Source of the DNA: Petrotoga sp. 9PW.55.5.1
Lineage (GTDB): Bacteria > Thermotogota > Thermotogae > Petrotogales > Petrotogaceae
NCBI RefSeq assembly: GCF_003265365.1
Contig: NZ_AUPM01000018.1
Span: 15,053 to 79,052, forward strand
DNA: 64,000 nucleotides
Reading direction: 5' to 3'
Each line of letters starts with the position of its first letter. Position 1 is the first letter of the stretch. Positions 49,550-58,963 of the stretch are shown in pieces. The notes beneath the pieces are model-generated. The model was not told the origin of the DNA. It was given only the letters and a program-made list of their open reading frames with translations, and made no database searches. Made by a program: the position numbers and the translations under genes.

Positions 49550-49583
49550 AAACCGAGGGAAATTTGAGCCCTCGGTTTTTTAT
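49550..49583. terminator. bidirectional Rho-independent terminator (AACCGAGGG-loop-CCCTCGGTT plus T-run)
   Basis: Read directly in the sequence. Confidence 0.75.
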
Positions 49584-49594
49584 TTATAAAACGT

Positions 49595-51598
49595 TTATTC
49601 TATTCCTATAAAACTATCTTCTGCAAATGGTTCAGAAGTTTGCGTTGCGGGATTTGATGACTCTTCAATAATTTTTTTAGTATCTTCTATCATCTGGTCG
49701 ATATTTGAATAATAGTTTGGATCAAGCTCTTTAACTGTTTCCAAGAAAAATAATTTAATTTCTCTTAATCCAACTAATTCTGCCAATTCTAATCCTATAT
49801 CTAAGGCTTCTAACTTGGTGTCAGTGGCAGCCTGTGTGGAGTCTACTACCCCTTGAACATTGACAAGAATTTCTGTAATAGGTTGTTGAAAGAAAGAAAA
49901 CAGGTATTGAGAACCAAGATACGAAGAATACTGCTTGATCTGGCTGAGCTGTAATTTAGAATAACTAACCCTCACTTCTGGATCTTGAGGATTTAATTGA
50001 TAATACATTTGAACTACACTATTTGAAGACGGATATTGCCTGAATAAATCTGCTAGTACTTTCTCTAGTTTATTAATATAATCTTCCATTTTTCCTTCTA
50101 ATTCTACCTTTAAGCTACTTGCTTCATTTGTAGTAGTAATTCCTAGAGTTTCTATCTTGTTTTTAGTAGTTAGAAAATTTTGAGCATCTTTATAGTTTGA
50201 AAGTAAATTATTTAACTCGGTACTCTCTTCCGTAGTCTTTTGAATATTTAACTCATCTATTCTTTTGCCTATCTCTTCTAGACCTAAAGCAACAGTCTCA
50301 GGATCTACCAACTCTGATAAACTAAGATACTCATTTATTGAAGTATATTGATCATTAAAATCATTCATTAGTTGGTTCACTGCCAATGTATAAATAGCAA
50401 GATAGTCAGAGTCTGCTTCAACAGAAATTTCATTTTCTTCAAATACTATATTCTCAATTTCTTTTACAAGATTTTCTAACTTTTCCGTATTAGTTCCCGC
50501 CTCAGTCAATTGATACATATACATAAGTTTGGTATCATAATAATTTCTTCCGAAATCCCCACTTCTTATGTAACTTACTAACCAATTATTGTATTCTTCT
50601 TCTTGAATAGTATTTTGAATTTCAGAATACACCTCATCATATAAAAATACATCTTCAGGATTTTTAAAAATTTTCTTATCAACTACCCTTATTATCTGAT
50701 ATCCTTGATATGTACTTATTGGTCCTAAAATAGCGCCTATTTCAGCATTAAAAGCGGCTTCTTCTAAATTTTGATCGTATTGACCACGTTTTATCCAACC
50801 AATATCTCCTGAACTTGTTGCTGTTAATGTGTCTTCGGAATATATAGCAACAGCATCTTCAAAAGTTATCTCCTCATTAGTAATTTTCTCTTTAATACTA
50901 TTAGCCGTTGCTTCGTCAGATAAAAGTATATGCTGAACTCTAACTTCTTCGTAATTACTCTTTATACTTTCAAAATTTTCTTGGATATATGTGAGGGCTT
51001 CTTCTCTTGAAATATTTGCAACTTCTTTTTTTACATTATTTGTTATTAGACTATTTTCTACATCTTCTTGCAAACCAGAAATTAAAATGTTCCTGATATT
51101 TTGTTCACTTCCATAGTATTGAACCATATTATTCCAATTGTTAGTATCCATCTTATATTGAGATATATATAGATCAACTAATGCATTAATTTGAGAATTT
51201 ATTTCTTCTTTTGAAGGTAAAAGGTCATTCTGTTCTGCATAGTACCTTACAATTTTCTCATTATAAAGAAGATCTACAATTTGATTATCAATCACTAAGT
51301 AATCAAAAACAGGGTCTAATTGTTGACCGTAATATTGTTGATAAATTTGTGCCTGCTGCTGAGTAATTGAATCAACTTCATTTTTCATAATCCAATAGGG
51401 GTATTCTAAATCAATACTTTCCTTAGTAATAACTAAAACCGAATCCTCTTTTCTTGGAATATTACTAACCCCGGGATTAACTGCAGGATTCCTGGAAGTA
51501 ACATAAGTTGCTACAGACCACCAAACAATACCTGCTAAAAAACCTGCTATAACTATGATCGTGATAATTCTTTCATGCCTTTTAAACCAATTATTCAT
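49595..51598 (-). CDS. membrane-anchored periplasmic peptidyl-prolyl isomerase/chaperone (PpiD/SurA-like, parvulin domain)
   Basis: N-terminal TM anchor. Parvulin-type region VQHILL...GDIGWIKRGQ...GYQIIRV. Confidence 0.6.
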   Translation of the reverse strand: MNNWFKRHERIITIIVIAGFLAGIVWWSVATYVTSRNPAVNPGVSNIPRKEDSVLVITKESIDLEYPYWIMKNEVDSITQQQAQIYQQYYGQQLDPVFDYLVIDNQIVDLLYNEKIVRYYAEQNDLLPSKEEINSQINALVDLYISQYKMDTNNWNNMVQYYGSEQNIRNILISGLQEDVENSLITNNVKKEVANISREEALTYIQENFESIKSNYEEVRVQHILLSDEATANSIKEKITNEEITFEDAVAIYSEDTLTATSSGDIGWIKRGQYDQNLEEAAFNAEIGAILGPISTYQGYQIIRVVDKKIFKNPEDVFLYDEVYSEIQNTIQEEEYNNWLVSYIRSGDFGRNYYDTKLMYMYQLTEAGTNTEKLENLVKEIENIVFEENEISVEADSDYLAIYTLAVNQLMNDFNDQYTSINEYLSLSELVDPETVALGLEEIGKRIDELNIQKTTEESTELNNLLSNYKDAQNFLTTKNKIETLGITTTNEASSLKVELEGKMEDYINKLEKVLADLFRQYPSSNSVVQMYYQLNPQDPEVRVSYSKLQLSQIKQYSSYLGSQYLFSFFQQPITEILVNVQGVVDSTQAATDTKLEALDIGLELAELVGLREIKLFFLETVKELDPNYYSNIDQMIEDTKKIIEESSNPATQTSEPFAEDSFIGIE

Positions 51599-51731
51599 TA
51601 ACTAATGCCTCCTAAACTCTCGAAAATTTTTTTGTGATTTTATATGCTATTTTATCACAATTTATCAAAATACTTAAATTAACTTACATTAGAAAAAAAG
51701 GGGATAAATTAATATCCCCTTTTATATATCT

Positions 51732-52709
51732 TTATATCTTTCTCCTAATAGGTTTATCTTTACTAATTTCTTCCAAAGCTAACAATCTATCCCATTTAGC
51801 ATCTACATAATTTTGCATTTCTTCTAATATTTCATTTGCATCTGGTCTTTTCATAAGCTTGTTGTACCTACCGAGCTTTGTAATATACTCTTTTACAGGC
51901 TTGAACGTTTTTGGCTTTTTAGTTACTTTATAAACTCCCATATTATATTCCCATAATGGCCAATACTTTGTTTCAACAGCTAATTTAGTTACCTCAGGAC
52001 CCGAATCATCAGGAATTCTCCAAAATCTTACACAAGGTGCTAAAATAGAAATAAAAGCCGGACCTTCAAATTCTAAAGCAGCTTGCATCTTTCTCATGAA
52101 ATCCCATGGTTCTGAAGTAACTGCAGTTGCTGCATATACTCCTTCATGACCAGCAATTATATCAACTATACTTTTCTTTAATTGTAATTTACCTGATAAG
52201 GCCTTACCAACTGGTTCGGTAGTTGAATCTGCACCTGGAGGGGTTGATCCTGATCTTTGATTCCCTGTATTCATGTATCCTTCATTATCATACAAAATAT
52301 ACACAAAATCGTGTCCTCTTTCTATAGCACCTGATAAAGCCTGTAAACCAATGTCATAAGTTCCACCATCTCCAGCAAAAGCTATAAATTTTATTTTATC
52401 ATTATCTATTTTTTTTCTGTTTAATAACGATCTATAAGCTGCTTCCGCACCAGATATAGTTGCTGCAACATTTTCAAATGCATTGTGTATATAAGGAACA
52501 TTCCAAGAAGTAAACGGATAAATTGTTGAAGAGACTTCCAAACATCCTGTTGCTGCTCCCACAACCGGTTCGTATCCTAAACTTTTTGCTGCCAATGTAG
52601 CCCAGTTTGCTACCATTGGAGCATTACATCCAGGACATAATCTATGTCCTTGTGTGAATGCCCAATCGTTTGTTTCAACGTATCCTACAATATCCCTAAT
52701 ATTAGGCAC
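51732..52709 (-). CDS. porB: 2-oxoacid (pyruvate/2-ketoisovalerate):ferredoxin oxidoreductase beta subunit (TPP-binding)
   Basis: TPP motif GDGG...N, C-x2-C cluster and GAATGC. 325 aa. Confidence 0.85.
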   Translation of the reverse strand: MPNIRDIVGYVETNDWAFTQGHRLCPGCNAPMVANWATLAAKSLGYEPVVGAATGCLEVSSTIYPFTSWNVPYIHNAFENVAATISGAEAAYRSLLNRKKIDNDKIKFIAFAGDGGTYDIGLQALSGAIERGHDFVYILYDNEGYMNTGNQRSGSTPPGADSTTEPVGKALSGKLQLKKSIVDIIAGHEGVYAATAVTSEPWDFMRKMQAALEFEGPAFISILAPCVRFWRIPDDSGPEVTKLAVETKYWPLWEYNMGVYKVTKKPKTFKPVKEYITKLGRYNKLMKRPDANEILEEMQNYVDAKWDRLLALEEISKDKPIRRKI

Positions 52710-52725
52710 AATTCTTCACCTCCAA

Positions 52726-53895
52726 TTATTCTCTTAATCCTAAGTATCTTTGTTCATCGGTTATTAAATTGCCTTTTATAGCATCTTCAAAAGCTTCTCG
52801 TATCATTTCAGGAGTAGTATCTCTTCCTCCCAATCCATAAATATAAGAACCTAGCGAAGGTTTAGAAGCAACTTCGTACAGAGAAGATTTAATTAAAGAA
52901 TACAAAGGAGCTTCTTTACCAAAAGACATTGCTCTATCTAATACAACAACTCCTTTTCTTCCGTTTAAAACTTGCTGAAATTCTTTTTTTGGAAAAGGTG
53001 TGAAAACTTGAGGTTTTACAAGTCCTACTTTTTTGCCCTCTTCTCTTAACTGATCAACCACATATTTTGCTGTCGAAGCAGTTGAATTCATAACTACCAT
53101 AATATAATCAGCATCATCAGTTTTGTATAAATCAAGAAAATCGTATTTTCTTCCAGAAATTTTTGCAAATTCTTCGAAAACTTTCGGAAGCTCTTTGTAA
53201 GCATGGTTCATAGCTTCTTCTTGTTGTCTGTGATGTTCAAAATAATAATCAAATAGATCTAAAGGCCCAAAAGTTACGGGATTTTTAGTATCTAAAAGCG
53301 AATATTTTGGATTCCAAGTACCTACGAATTCTTTTACAACTTCATCATCTAACATTTCAAAACTTTCCACTCCATGTGAGGTAATGAATCCATCTAAATT
53401 AACCATGGCTGGTAACAAAACATTTTCCTTTTCAGCTAACTTTGTTGCTATTATTGTAAAATCATATGCTTCCTGATGATTTTCTGTGAATAATTGAATC
53501 CATCCAGAGTCTCTAACAAGCATTGCGTCAGAATGGTCACAGTGAATATTAATAGGGCCAGAAAGAGCTCTATTAACTATAGGCATTATTATTGGAAGCC
53601 TATAAGAAGCAGCTATATATACAATTTCAGTCATCAACGCTAAACCATTCGCTGCGGTAGCCGTCATTGTTCTAGCTCCTGCTGCAGCTGAACCAACAAC
53701 AGCACTCATAGCAGAATGCTCAGATTCAACTGGAACCATTACTGTATCAACAATTCCATCGGACACAAAACTTGCATAATATTCAACAACAGGTGTTTGG
53801 GGAGTTATCGGATAGGCTGCGACAACATCTGGGTTAATTTGTCTCATAGCATGAGCTACTGCAGCAGCTCCTGTAACTGTAAGTTTTACGGGCAT
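52726..53895 (-). CDS. porA: 2-oxoacid:ferredoxin oxidoreductase alpha subunit
   Basis: 389 aa. Clear family match. Confidence 0.85.
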   Translation of the reverse strand: MPVKLTVTGAAAVAHAMRQINPDVVAAYPITPQTPVVEYYASFVSDGIVDTVMVPVESEHSAMSAVVGSAAAGARTMTATAANGLALMTEIVYIAASYRLPIIMPIVNRALSGPINIHCDHSDAMLVRDSGWIQLFTENHQEAYDFTIIATKLAEKENVLLPAMVNLDGFITSHGVESFEMLDDEVVKEFVGTWNPKYSLLDTKNPVTFGPLDLFDYYFEHHRQQEEAMNHAYKELPKVFEEFAKISGRKYDFLDLYKTDDADYIMVVMNSTASTAKYVVDQLREEGKKVGLVKPQVFTPFPKKEFQQVLNGRKGVVVLDRAMSFGKEAPLYSLIKSSLYEVASKPSLGSYIYGLGGRDTTPEMIREAFEDAIKGNLITDEQRYLGLRE

Positions 53896-53920
53896 ATTTT
53901 AACCTCCTTCTCATTATTCT

Positions 53921-54223
53921 TTAAATAAATTCCGATTCTGGTTTCATTTCAATTGCATTAACTGGACATACAGCTGCACATACTCCACAACCCTTACAAT
54001 AGTCCATATTAAACTCTCCTAATTTCATCCTCTTTCCATCAAGCCTTCCATCTATTGCCATATCTGGACAGTATACCCAACATTGCATACAATTTGTGCA
54101 TTTTTCCCTATCTATAATAGGTCTTTGTATTCTCCATTCACCAGTTTTATAATTTCGTGCTGTGGCTGGTTTATCTATAACTCCACCGATAGGTATTTCT
54201 TTCCAACCTTTCAAATTACTCAC
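53921..54223 (-). CDS. porD: 2-oxoacid:ferredoxin oxidoreductase delta subunit (2x[4Fe-4S] ferredoxin)
   Basis: CTNCMQCWVYCP and CKGCGVCAAVCP motifs. Confidence 0.8.
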   Translation of the reverse strand: MSNLKGWKEIPIGGVIDKPATARNYKTGEWRIQRPIIDREKCTNCMQCWVYCPDMAIDGRLDGKRMKLGEFNMDYCKGCGVCAAVCPVNAIEMKPESEFI

Positions 54224-54842
54224 TGAGTTTCACCTCCTGATATCCCCTTTCTAAAGCCCTGATATTTGCCTTTACAACCTCATCAGAAAATTTTTTGGAA
54301 AAAGCTGCTTTTGTTTTCTCTTTTACAGCATCTAAAGGAACAATATCTGTAGCTCTTACTAAAGCGCCAATCATAACGGTATTTGGTATACCTCTTTTTA
54401 TTTCATCTAAGGCAATATTAGTAGCAGGAATAACACCTATTTTACCTTTATATCCTGTTAATTTTCTTACTTCCTCAATGCTTCTTGTAGTATTTACTAA
54501 CAAAAATTTATCTTCTTTTAAACCTAATATAACATCTGGATTTGTTAAAAGAGTATCATCTATAACTACAACTACATCTGGTGATTCGACGTTACTTTTA
54601 ATCCTTATTGGAACATCAGCCACTCTGTTAAAAGCTTTCATTGGAGCTCCTGATCTTTCAGCTCCGTATTCAGGAAATGAACTAGAATATTTACCCGCTT
54701 CTTCTGCAGCCTCAGTCAGAAACTGAGAAGCACTTTTTGCTCCTTGGCCAGCTCTTGCATGCCATCTTATTTCAAAATATTTTTCTGGCACTTTTCTTCC
54801 TCCTTTCGAGATATAGTTCTTTGTATTAATTAAAAAAATCAC
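54216..54842 (-). CDS. porG: 2-oxoacid:ferredoxin oxidoreductase gamma subunit
   Basis: 208 aa. GAGQG...ERSG family signature. Gene order G-D-A-B. Confidence 0.8.
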   Translation of the reverse strand: MIFLINTKNYISKGGRKVPEKYFEIRWHARAGQGAKSASQFLTEAAEEAGKYSSSFPEYGAERSGAPMKAFNRVADVPIRIKSNVESPDVVVVIDDTLLTNPDVILGLKEDKFLLVNTTRSIEEVRKLTGYKGKIGVIPATNIALDEIKRGIPNTVMIGALVRATDIVPLDAVKEKTKAAFSKKFSDEVVKANIRALERGYQEVKLSE

Positions 54843-54845
54843 TTA

Positions 54846-56447
54846 TTATTTTATAAAAATTGTATAATCAATATCTTTAAATATACCGTCGACCCATTCA
54901 TAAAAAGAAATTTTCTCTTCGTCTATAACGTTAGTTGATAACATTTCATCCAAATCGAAAAACCTATTTATACACCATTTAATCCTATTTTCAGCATATT
55001 TTACAGTAGTATCAGTGGTTAATATAAAAGCCCAGTCACTTGATTGAGAAATTAAAACCTCCCTCATCATTTGGTTCAAAATTCTTCTTTGATTAGCAGA
55101 AGGATTTTTATATAATTTTGCTTTTTCAATCATTATCTCAGTAATCTCAAATATATGTCTATATATCCAATCATTTTTACCGTTAATCCATACCTCATGA
55201 TATCCGTTGGCACCCCAAGATGATTCTGCTGGATAAGTTATTTGAACTTTTTCGGATTTTTCAATAACCTTAAGTGGCGTAGAAAACTCTATATTATTAT
55301 ATTCAACGGCTTGCCTAAAAAGTTGTTCTAAAAACATCGGACCTTCATACCACCAGTGACCGAAAAGTTCTGCATCAAATGGTGCGACAATAACAGGCTC
55401 TTCATCTTCAATATCTTCTAGTAATTTTTTAATTTGATCGTTTTTTTTATCTAAAAAATCTTTTACATGTTCTAATACCGCTTCTTGAGCTTCGTTTAAA
55501 TTATATACTTCTTTTTTGTCAAGAGGTTTTGATTTATCTGTAATACGGTAATATTTTATTCCCGTATTACATCTTACTCCACTTTCATCTATATACGGTT
55601 TTATGTATTCTTCTTCTCTATCAAAACCAATATCTCTGTAAAATTCTCGGTATCTTGAATCACCTGGATAACCTACTTCGCTACTCCATATTTGTTCACT
55701 AGTTTCAGGATCTCTTGCAAAAACAAATACCTTGTTTGGAGTTACTATTGGCCTGTAAACTCCATATTTTGGAGTAGTTTCTGCATACCAAAAACCATGC
55801 GAATCAACAAAAAAATATTTTATTTTCTCTTCATTTAAATATTCATCTAATCCTTTAAAATATGCGCATTCTGCAAACCATATTCCAGGTGGATCGTCTT
55901 CAAAATATTTTCTGAAAGTTAAAACTCCAGATTTTAACTGGGCATTAATTGCTTCAGGATATTCTCTGTAGAAAGGTAAATATCCATGCGTTCCATTTGA
56001 TGTTATCATTTCAATGTAACCTTTTTCTTTAAATTCCTTGAAAGCTTTTAATATATCTTGATTGTATTCGTTAAAAAAAATCTCTTCATTTTCTAACAAT
56101 TCTTTTTTGTAATGTTTCGCTAATTGAAATTTTAAAGGTTTTTCTTTTTTTGTCCTCTCTAGTTCTTTTTCGATCAATTCTATCATTTTTATAATATGAT
56201 TGTGATATTTTTCTTTTAAATCCCTCGTAGAAAGCATTTCCATAAGTGTGGGAGACAAGCTAAGAGTAAGATTAAATGGTATTTTATCTCTTTCCAGAGA
56301 TTTAAACGTTTTAATCAAAGGAATGTATGTTTCTGTTATAGCTTCAAAAAGCCATCTTTCTTCCATGAAATTTTTAAAATCAGGATGATGAATGTAAGGT
56401 AAGTGAGCATGAAGTAAGAGAAGAATTTTACCTTTTCTTCTTTTCAT
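54846..56447 (-). CDS. GH57-family 1,4-alpha-glucan branching enzyme
   Basis: N-terminal LLLHAHLPYIHHPD and GH57 catalytic region. 533 aa. Confidence 0.8.
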   Translation of the reverse strand: MKRRKGKILLLLHAHLPYIHHPDFKNFMEERWLFEAITETYIPLIKTFKSLERDKIPFNLTLSLSPTLMEMLSTRDLKEKYHNHIIKMIELIEKELERTKKEKPLKFQLAKHYKKELLENEEIFFNEYNQDILKAFKEFKEKGYIEMITSNGTHGYLPFYREYPEAINAQLKSGVLTFRKYFEDDPPGIWFAECAYFKGLDEYLNEEKIKYFFVDSHGFWYAETTPKYGVYRPIVTPNKVFVFARDPETSEQIWSSEVGYPGDSRYREFYRDIGFDREEEYIKPYIDESGVRCNTGIKYYRITDKSKPLDKKEVYNLNEAQEAVLEHVKDFLDKKNDQIKKLLEDIEDEEPVIVAPFDAELFGHWWYEGPMFLEQLFRQAVEYNNIEFSTPLKVIEKSEKVQITYPAESSWGANGYHEVWINGKNDWIYRHIFEITEIMIEKAKLYKNPSANQRRILNQMMREVLISQSSDWAFILTTDTTVKYAENRIKWCINRFFDLDEMLSTNVIDEEKISFYEWVDGIFKDIDYTIFIK

Positions 56448-57280
56448 AAAATCAAACCTTTCCCTGAGATGATTGTCTCAAGTTTGTCTTCACTTACAAA
56501 ACTTTTTTCACTGCTACCTAATAATCTTTCTATTACTTTTATCTTTGATCCTTTACTTTTATTTTTTAAAATTTTATTCTCTTTTAATATCAACCATTCT
56601 TCTTTATCCGCTTTTTTTAATGAAGAAGATGGGGTTATGACCTTATTAGATTCTATTATCGGATGAAAACCGCACTTTTCATCTTTGATTCCAAGATAAG
56701 CTTTATATTTTGAAAGCTCTTGAGGAACATTGAAAAAATAATTGTTTACTAATTCTTTTTGAGATAAATTTTTTTCAAAAGTTCTCTCATTATCTTCTTT
56801 TTCTAATATCTGTACCATTCTTAGAGATAATTTATTTTTTTTAGATAATTCATTTAACTTCATTTTAGTTTTTTTTGAAAAATCCCAATAAACATAAACC
56901 CAATTAGGATTCACAGGAATCATTTTAATTCTGTCCTTGTTATAATTTTTAGGAACTTCTTTCGCTTCGTTTGATTTTAAAGAGGTCTTTATTTTACTTT
57001 CTATTTTAACTTTTTTTGGTGATTTCTCTTTTTCATTTTCTTTTGTTTTGATAGAATCATCCAAAAGCTTTTGTATTTCTATTTGAACTAACTTCAATAT
57101 TTCCTTTTTTTTCAAAGTTCTTTTTAATTTTATCCCTAGACTCTTTGCTATACTTCTTAATTCTTGTATCGTAGGTTCCTCTGTTTTATAAGAATCTAAC
57201 AACTCTTTTTCTAGCTTTTTTACTTTCATTTCATATATCCCTCCCGCGGTACTTTTCTCTATGTGGTTAATAAAAGCCAC
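56444..57280 (-). CDS. hypothetical protein with N-terminal Rho_N/SAP-like motif (DUF4912-like partner of GH57 enzymes)
   Basis: EPTIQELRSIAKSLGIKLKRTLKKKEILKLV resembles the Rho N-terminal helix-hairpin. Overlaps the GH57 gene. Confidence 0.4.
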   Translation of the reverse strand: MAFINHIEKSTAGGIYEMKVKKLEKELLDSYKTEEPTIQELRSIAKSLGIKLKRTLKKKEILKLVQIEIQKLLDDSIKTKENEKEKSPKKVKIESKIKTSLKSNEAKEVPKNYNKDRIKMIPVNPNWVYVYWDFSKKTKMKLNELSKKNKLSLRMVQILEKEDNERTFEKNLSQKELVNNYFFNVPQELSKYKAYLGIKDEKCGFHPIIESNKVITPSSSLKKADKEEWLILKENKILKNKSKGSKIKVIERLLGSSEKSFVSEDKLETIISGKGLIL

Positions 57281-57366
57281 TCTATTTTATCACTATATTT
57301 GAATCTAAAAGCAAAGAATTAAATAAAATTGTAGTATTAATTCGCAAAATTTAATTTTTCATGTCG

Positions 57367-57395
57367 TTGACAAAATGGATTTCTTGTGATATTAT
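57367..57395 (+). promoter_or_regulatory. consensus promoter TTGACA-17-TATTAT for the tRNA operon
   Basis: Read in the sequence. 20 nt upstream of tRNA-Pro. Confidence 0.6.
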
Positions 57396-57415
57396 ATATC
57401 TTGAAAAAAGCAACA

Positions 57416-57491
57416 CGGAGCGTAGCGCAGTTGGGAGCGCGCCGGTCTTGGGCACCGGAGGTCGCTGGTTCAAGTCCAGTCGCTCCGACCA
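57416..57491 (+). tRNA. tRNA-Pro (anticodon TGG)
   Basis: Hand-folded. Acceptor CGGAGCG/CGCTCCG, anticodon loop CTTGGGC with G37. Confidence 0.85.
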
Positions 57492-57504
57492 TTTGTATTT
57501 TTGT

Positions 57505-57580
57505 GCGGCCGTAGCTCAATTGGTAGAGTATTGGCCTTCCAAGCCAAGGGTTGCGGGTTCGACCCCCGTCGGCCGCTCCA
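57505..57580 (+). tRNA. tRNA-Trp (anticodon CCA)
   Basis: Acceptor GCGGCCG/CGGCCGC. Anticodon loop CTTCCAA. Confidence 0.8.
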
Positions 57581-57656
57581 GCGCCTGTAGCTCAACGGAT
57601 AGAGCATTGGATTTCTAATCCAAGGGTTGAGGGTTCGAGTCCCCCCAGGCGCACCA
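57581..57656 (+). tRNA. tRNA-Arg (anticodon TCT)
   Basis: Acceptor GCGCCTG/CAGGCGC. Anticodon loop TTTCTAA with A37. Abuts tRNA-Trp with zero spacer. Confidence 0.8.
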
Positions 57657-57665
57657 ACAACTTAT

Positions 57666-57741
57666 GGTGGCTGTAGTTCAGCGGCAGAACGCCTGACTGT
57701 GACTCAGGATGTCGTGGGTTCAAATCCCACCAGCCACCCCA
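57666..57741 (+). tRNA. tRNA-His (anticodon GTG) with encoded G-1
   Basis: G-1 plus acceptor GTGGCTG/CAGCCAC. Anticodon loop CTGTGAC. Discriminator C. Confidence 0.85.
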
Positions 57742-57745
57742 ACAA

Positions 57746-57778
57746 AAGAATCCTTTTTTAAGGGTTCTTTATTTTTTT
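57746..57778. terminator. terminator hairpin (AGAATCC-n8-GGGTTCT plus T-run) shared by the tRNA operon and the convergent ldt gene
   Basis: Read in the sequence. Contains one G-U pair. Confidence 0.5.
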
Positions 57779-58963
57779 TCAATTGTATACATAAACTTCC
57801 GTTCCTAAAGATACCAAAAAATCTATTTCTTCAACATCAAAATTAAACATTCTTATACATCCATGAGAAATCCTTTTCCCTATCTCCCAAGGCTTTGTTG
57901 TTCCGTGGATTCCATATTGAGGATTAGAAAGTTGAAGCCATCTTGTCCCCATTCCATTCATTAAAGATCCTGGAGGTATATATTCATCGTACCAATATAA
58001 TGCAGGATCCTTTTCCTTGTAGGAGATTCTATAATATCCTGGGGGCGTATGATCGCTCATCCCAACAGCTACTATATAGTTTTTAATAATGGTGTCATGA
58101 AAATAGAGATACATCTTATTATTCGAAAGATCTATTTCAAGCCTTAGAGGGCTTTCCCCATACTCAACCTTTCCAATTTTTAATGGTTGACCAGGATATA
58201 TTAGAGAAGGATCCTTAAGGTTGTTTATATTCACTAAATCTCCGGGTAAAACGTTGTACTTTTCTGAAATTCTATATAAGCTTTCCCCTTTTTGAACTAT
58301 ATGGTATGTGCTTATTTCATAAACTTGCTTGGGTTTTAACATATTTTCGGTTGTTACTAGTTTATCTAACTTTAAAAACTTTACCTTTTTTTCAAAAGGT
58401 ATCCCGTACTCATTATGAAAGATGACAACAAATTCATGAAAGCCATTTTCAATTTCATTTAAAAACTCTAAAAATTCTTCTTCTTTAAAATCCTTATCTC
58501 TGAACTGTATATTGATCAAAGTAAACTTTTCGGCTGGGGAATAATCAAAATAATATTCATAACCATTCTCTGTTATTGATGTTGTAATTTCAAACCGAAT
58601 ATCACCAGAAAAAGAATCCTTTTCTAAAAAACTTGGAAAAAATTGAGAGATATATTCTCCTCTATTATTTTCAGCGGTTACTAAAAAAGAATATGAATTC
58701 CCTTGGAACATATTTAAATTAACATTAAAATAAAAATCTCCGTTGATTGTTTGATAAACAGGTAGTTTTTTCTTATTTCCACCATCATAAATGTATAAGT
58801 TTGGTTTTTCTTTTACGCTTGTATAATTTTCTAAATTTATTTTAACAATATTCTGCGTTTGAATATATTCTGCTGGATAAAGAAAAAAATAATCTTCAGA
58901 AAAACCTATCAAAAATATAGTCACAAATATGACCAGCAATAATCCTTTTGTTATTTTTATCAA
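57779..58963 (-). CDS. L,D-transpeptidase (YkuD domain) with a LysM domain
   Basis: LysM YHIVQKGESLYRISEKYNVLPGDLVNINNL. Catalytic HGT...SHGCIRM. N-terminal signal anchor. Confidence 0.75.
   Translation of the reverse strand: MIKITKGLLLVIFVTIFLIGFSEDYFFLYPAEYIQTQNIVKINLENYTSVKEKPNLYIYDGGNKKKLPVYQTINGDFYFNVNLNMFQGNSYSFLVTAENNRGEYISQFFPSFLEKDSFSGDIRFEITTSITENGYEYYFDYSPAEKFTLINIQFRDKDFKEEEFLEFLNEIENGFHEFVVIFHNEYGIPFEKKVKFLKLDKLVTTENMLKPKQVYEISTYHIVQKGESLYRISEKYNVLPGDLVNINNLKDPSLIYPGQPLKIGKVEYGESPLRLEIDLSNNKMYLYFHDTIIKNYIVAVGMSDHTPPGYYRISYKEKDPALYWYDEYIPPGSLMNGMGTRWLQLSNPQYGIHGTTKPWEIGKRISHGCIRMFNFDVEEIDFLVSLGTEVYVYN

Noticed and set aside
57337-57618. Two overlapping small ORFs (60 and 85 aa) in the six-frame track
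   Set aside because: They cover the promoter and the tRNA-Pro/Trp/Arg genes. These are artefacts of GC-richer tRNA DNA in an AT-rich genome.
58896-58963. 68-nt overlap between the coaBC 3' end and the L,D-transpeptidase start. A similar 59-86-nt overlap exists between the GntR gene and the ABC ATPase (12682-12767).
   Set aside because: No alternative downstream start preserves the signal peptide or N-terminal motif. Long out-of-frame overlaps are uncommon but occur in compact genomes. There is no evidence of a frameshift or pseudogene.
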